Source: the human T2T-CHM13v2.0 reference genome, Homo sapiens. From it: a stretch of DNA of 64,000 nucleotides. The position numbers and the translations under genes were made by a program. The notes beneath the pieces were generated by a model, which was not told the origin of the DNA, ran no database searches, and worked only from the letters and a program-made list of their open reading frames with translations. This document shows positions 61,341 through 64,000 of the stretch, one piece after another (within the stretch, counting starts at the first letter, position 1; each line of letters opens with the position of its first letter). The stretch lies in assembly GCF_009914755.1 (NCBI RefSeq), contig NC_060929.1; one strand, 5' to 3'.

Positions 61341-63465
61341 TGTCCCTGAAAAGGACATGAACTCATCCTTTTTTATGGCTGCCTACTATTCCATGGTGTA
61401 TATGTGCCACATTTTCTTTATCCAGTCTGTTACTGATGGACATTTGGGTTGGTTCCAACTCTTTGCTATTGTGAATAGTGCTGCAATAAACACACGTGTG
61501 CATGTGTCTTTATAGCAGAATTATTTATAATCTCATAGGTACATGCCTAGTAATGGGATTGCTGGGTCAGATGGTATTTCTACTTCTAGTTCCTTGAGTA
61601 ATCACCAAACTGTCTTCCACAATGGTTTAACTAATTTACACTCCCAGGAACAGTGTAAAAGCGTTCCTATTTCTCTACGTCCTCTCCAGCATCTGTTGTT
61701 TCCTGACTTTTTAATGATCACCATTCTAACTGGCATGAGATTGTATCTCAGTGTGGTTTTGATTTGCATTACTCTAATGACCAGTGATGATGAGCATTTT
61801 TTCATATGTCTGTTGGCTGCATAAATGTCTTCTTTTGAGATGTGTCCTTTCATATCCTTTGCTCACTTTTTGATGGGGTTGTTTTTTTCTTGTTAATTTG
61901 TTTAGGTTCTTTGTAGATTCTGGATATTAGCCCTTTGTCATGTGGATAGATTGCAAAAATTTTCTCCCCTTCTATAGGTTGCCTGTTCACTCTGATGATA
62001 ATTTCTTTTGCTGTGCAGAAGCTCTTTAGTTTAATACGATCCCATTTGTCAATTTTGGCTTTTGATGTAATTGCTTTTGGTGTTTCAGTCATGAAGCCTT
62101 TGCCCACACCTATGTCCTGAATAGTATTGCCCAGGTTTTCTTCTAGGATTTTTATGGTCCTAGGTCTTATGTTTAAGTATTTGATCCAACTTGAGTTGGC
62201 TTTTGTAGAAGGTGTAAGGAAGGGATCCAGTTTCAGTTTTCTGCTTATGGCTAGCCAGTTTTCCCAACACCAGTTATTAAATAGGGAATCCTTTCCCCAT
62301 TGCTATGATTTCTGTTCTTTTGCATTTGCTGAGGAATGTTTTACTTCCAAATATATGGTCAATTTAGAGTAAGTGTGATGAGGTGCTGAGAAGAATGTAT
62401 ATTCTCTTGATTTGGGGTGGAGAGTTCTGTAGACGTCTATTAAGTCCACCTGGTCCAGAGCTGAGTTCAAGTCCTGAATATTCTAGTTAATTTTCTGTCT
62501 CGTTGATCAGTCTAACATTAAAAGTGAGGTGTTAAAATCTCCCACTATTATTGTGTGGGAGTCTAAGTCTCTTTGTAGGTCTCTAAGAACTTGCTTTATG
62601 AATCTGGGTTCTCCTGTAGTGGGTGCATATATATTTAGAAGAGTTAGCTCTTCTTGCTGCATTGATCCCTTTACCATTATGTAATCCCCTTCTTTATCTT
62701 TTTTGATCTTTGTTGGTTTAAAGTCTGTTTTATCAGAGATTAGGATTGCAACTCCTGCTCTTTTTGCTTTCCATTTGCTTGATAAATATTCTTCCATCCC
62801 TTTATTTTGAGCCTATGTGTGTCTTTGCATGTGAGATGTGTTTCCTGAATACAGCACACTGATGGATCTTGACTCTTTATCTAATTTGCCAGTCTGTGTC
62901 TTTTAGTTGGGGCATTTAGTTCATTTACACTTAAGGTTAATATTGTTATGTGTGAATTTGATCCTGTCATTATGATGCTAGCTGGTTGTTTTGCCCATTA
63001 GTTGATGCAGTTTCTATATAGTGTATATGTTCTTTACAATTTGGTATGTTTTTGCAGTGGCTGATACTGGTTATTCCTTTCCATGTTTAGTGCTTCCTTA
63101 AGGAGCCCTTGTAAGGCAAGCCTGGTGGTGCCAATATCTCTCAGCATTTGCTTGTCTGTAATGGATTTTATTTCTCCTTCGCTTATGAAGCGTAGTTTGG
63201 CTGGATATGAAATTCTGGGTTGAAAATTCTTTTCTTTAAGAATGTTGAATATTGGCCCCCATTCCCTTCTGGCTTGTAAGGTTTCTGCAGGAGAGGCTAA
63301 CATTCAAATTCAGGAAATACAGAGAACACCACAAAGATACTCCTCAAGAAGAGCAACACCAAGACACATAATCATCAGATTCACCAAGGTTGAAATGAAG
63401 GAAAAAATGTTAAGGGCAGCCAGAGAAAAGTCAGGTTACCCATAAAGGGAAGCCCATCAGACCAA
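61341..63465 (-). mobile_element. Older L1PA (PA5-8-like): no 3' end, ~2.1-kb internal deletion at 62304/62305, inverted ORF1 piece at ~63291-63465
   Basis: Antisense ORF2 C-terminus jumps directly to the EN domain; ORF1 continues to ~63290, then switches to + strand ORF1 (IQIQEIQRTPQRYSSRRATPRH). Confidence 0.92.
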
Positions 63466-64000
63466 TATGTTTTTATTTCTGAGATTAGTAATGATGGGGC
63501 AAAATCATTTTTATGAACTATGGTGTCTGTTTCCATTGGTCGCATATTAGGATCATTGCCAAAATCATGGTATGACATGGCTTGTGTGTTATTTCTCCTG
63601 CAGGCCCACAAACATTGGCTCCTTGGCTCACTAAGATATTCTGCAAAGTACATAATTAATGTAATGTATTATTTTTCTTCTTAAACTATTTAGAGAGATT
63701 TTGTTTACAACTAGAAACACTAACACAGAAATTGATGCTAGGAGAATTAATCCTAAACAAAATAATTTCCTGAACTAAATTTGCTCTCCATCACATTCTC
63801 TATCACAGATCTTCGTTTCTTTTTTTCTTAGCAGAAATCCCAACTGATAAAATATTATGTATTTCTTTGTTCACTATGCCCTCTTACAAAATGTGAGTCC
63901 ATAGGGACAGGGCAGGGATCCTGTCTCTCTTCTTATTTTCTCTCTAAAGTTCAGCATATTTCCTGTCATGGACTCAAATATTTAATGAGAGAAGAAATTA

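Overview
Primate (very probably human) genomic DNA. The core is the complete 8-exon SLC25A46 gene on the + strand: ATG 21705 to TGA 44368, 1257 nt CDS, 418 aa, all introns GT-AG and in phase, with a ~3.4 kb 3' UTR ending near 47750. It is driven by a CpG-island promoter rich in ETS, E-box and RFX sites that looks bidirectional. About 12 kb upstream is a second small promoter and non-coding first exon on the - strand, which from known gene order is probably TMEM232. The rest is interspersed repeats: a full THE1A element with TSD, solo MaLR LTRs, Alus, Charlie1, MER2 and Tigger MITEs, L2/MIR, old L1M pieces and a tail-to-tail L1PA pair at the right end. Nearly all ORFs in the track are repeat-derived or spurious. 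I see no convincing evidence of a wholly new biological system. The best leads are: a candidate upstream first exon (MKT start behind a stop-start uORF); an antisense Alu exon; a candidate poison exon and enhancer in intron 5; an old A-B-A...B duplication in intron 2; several perfect short palindromes in the introns; and an L1 pair showing twin-priming inversion and possible insertion-mediated deletion. Repeat subfamily names come from remembered consensus sequences, and the boundaries of old repeats are approximate.
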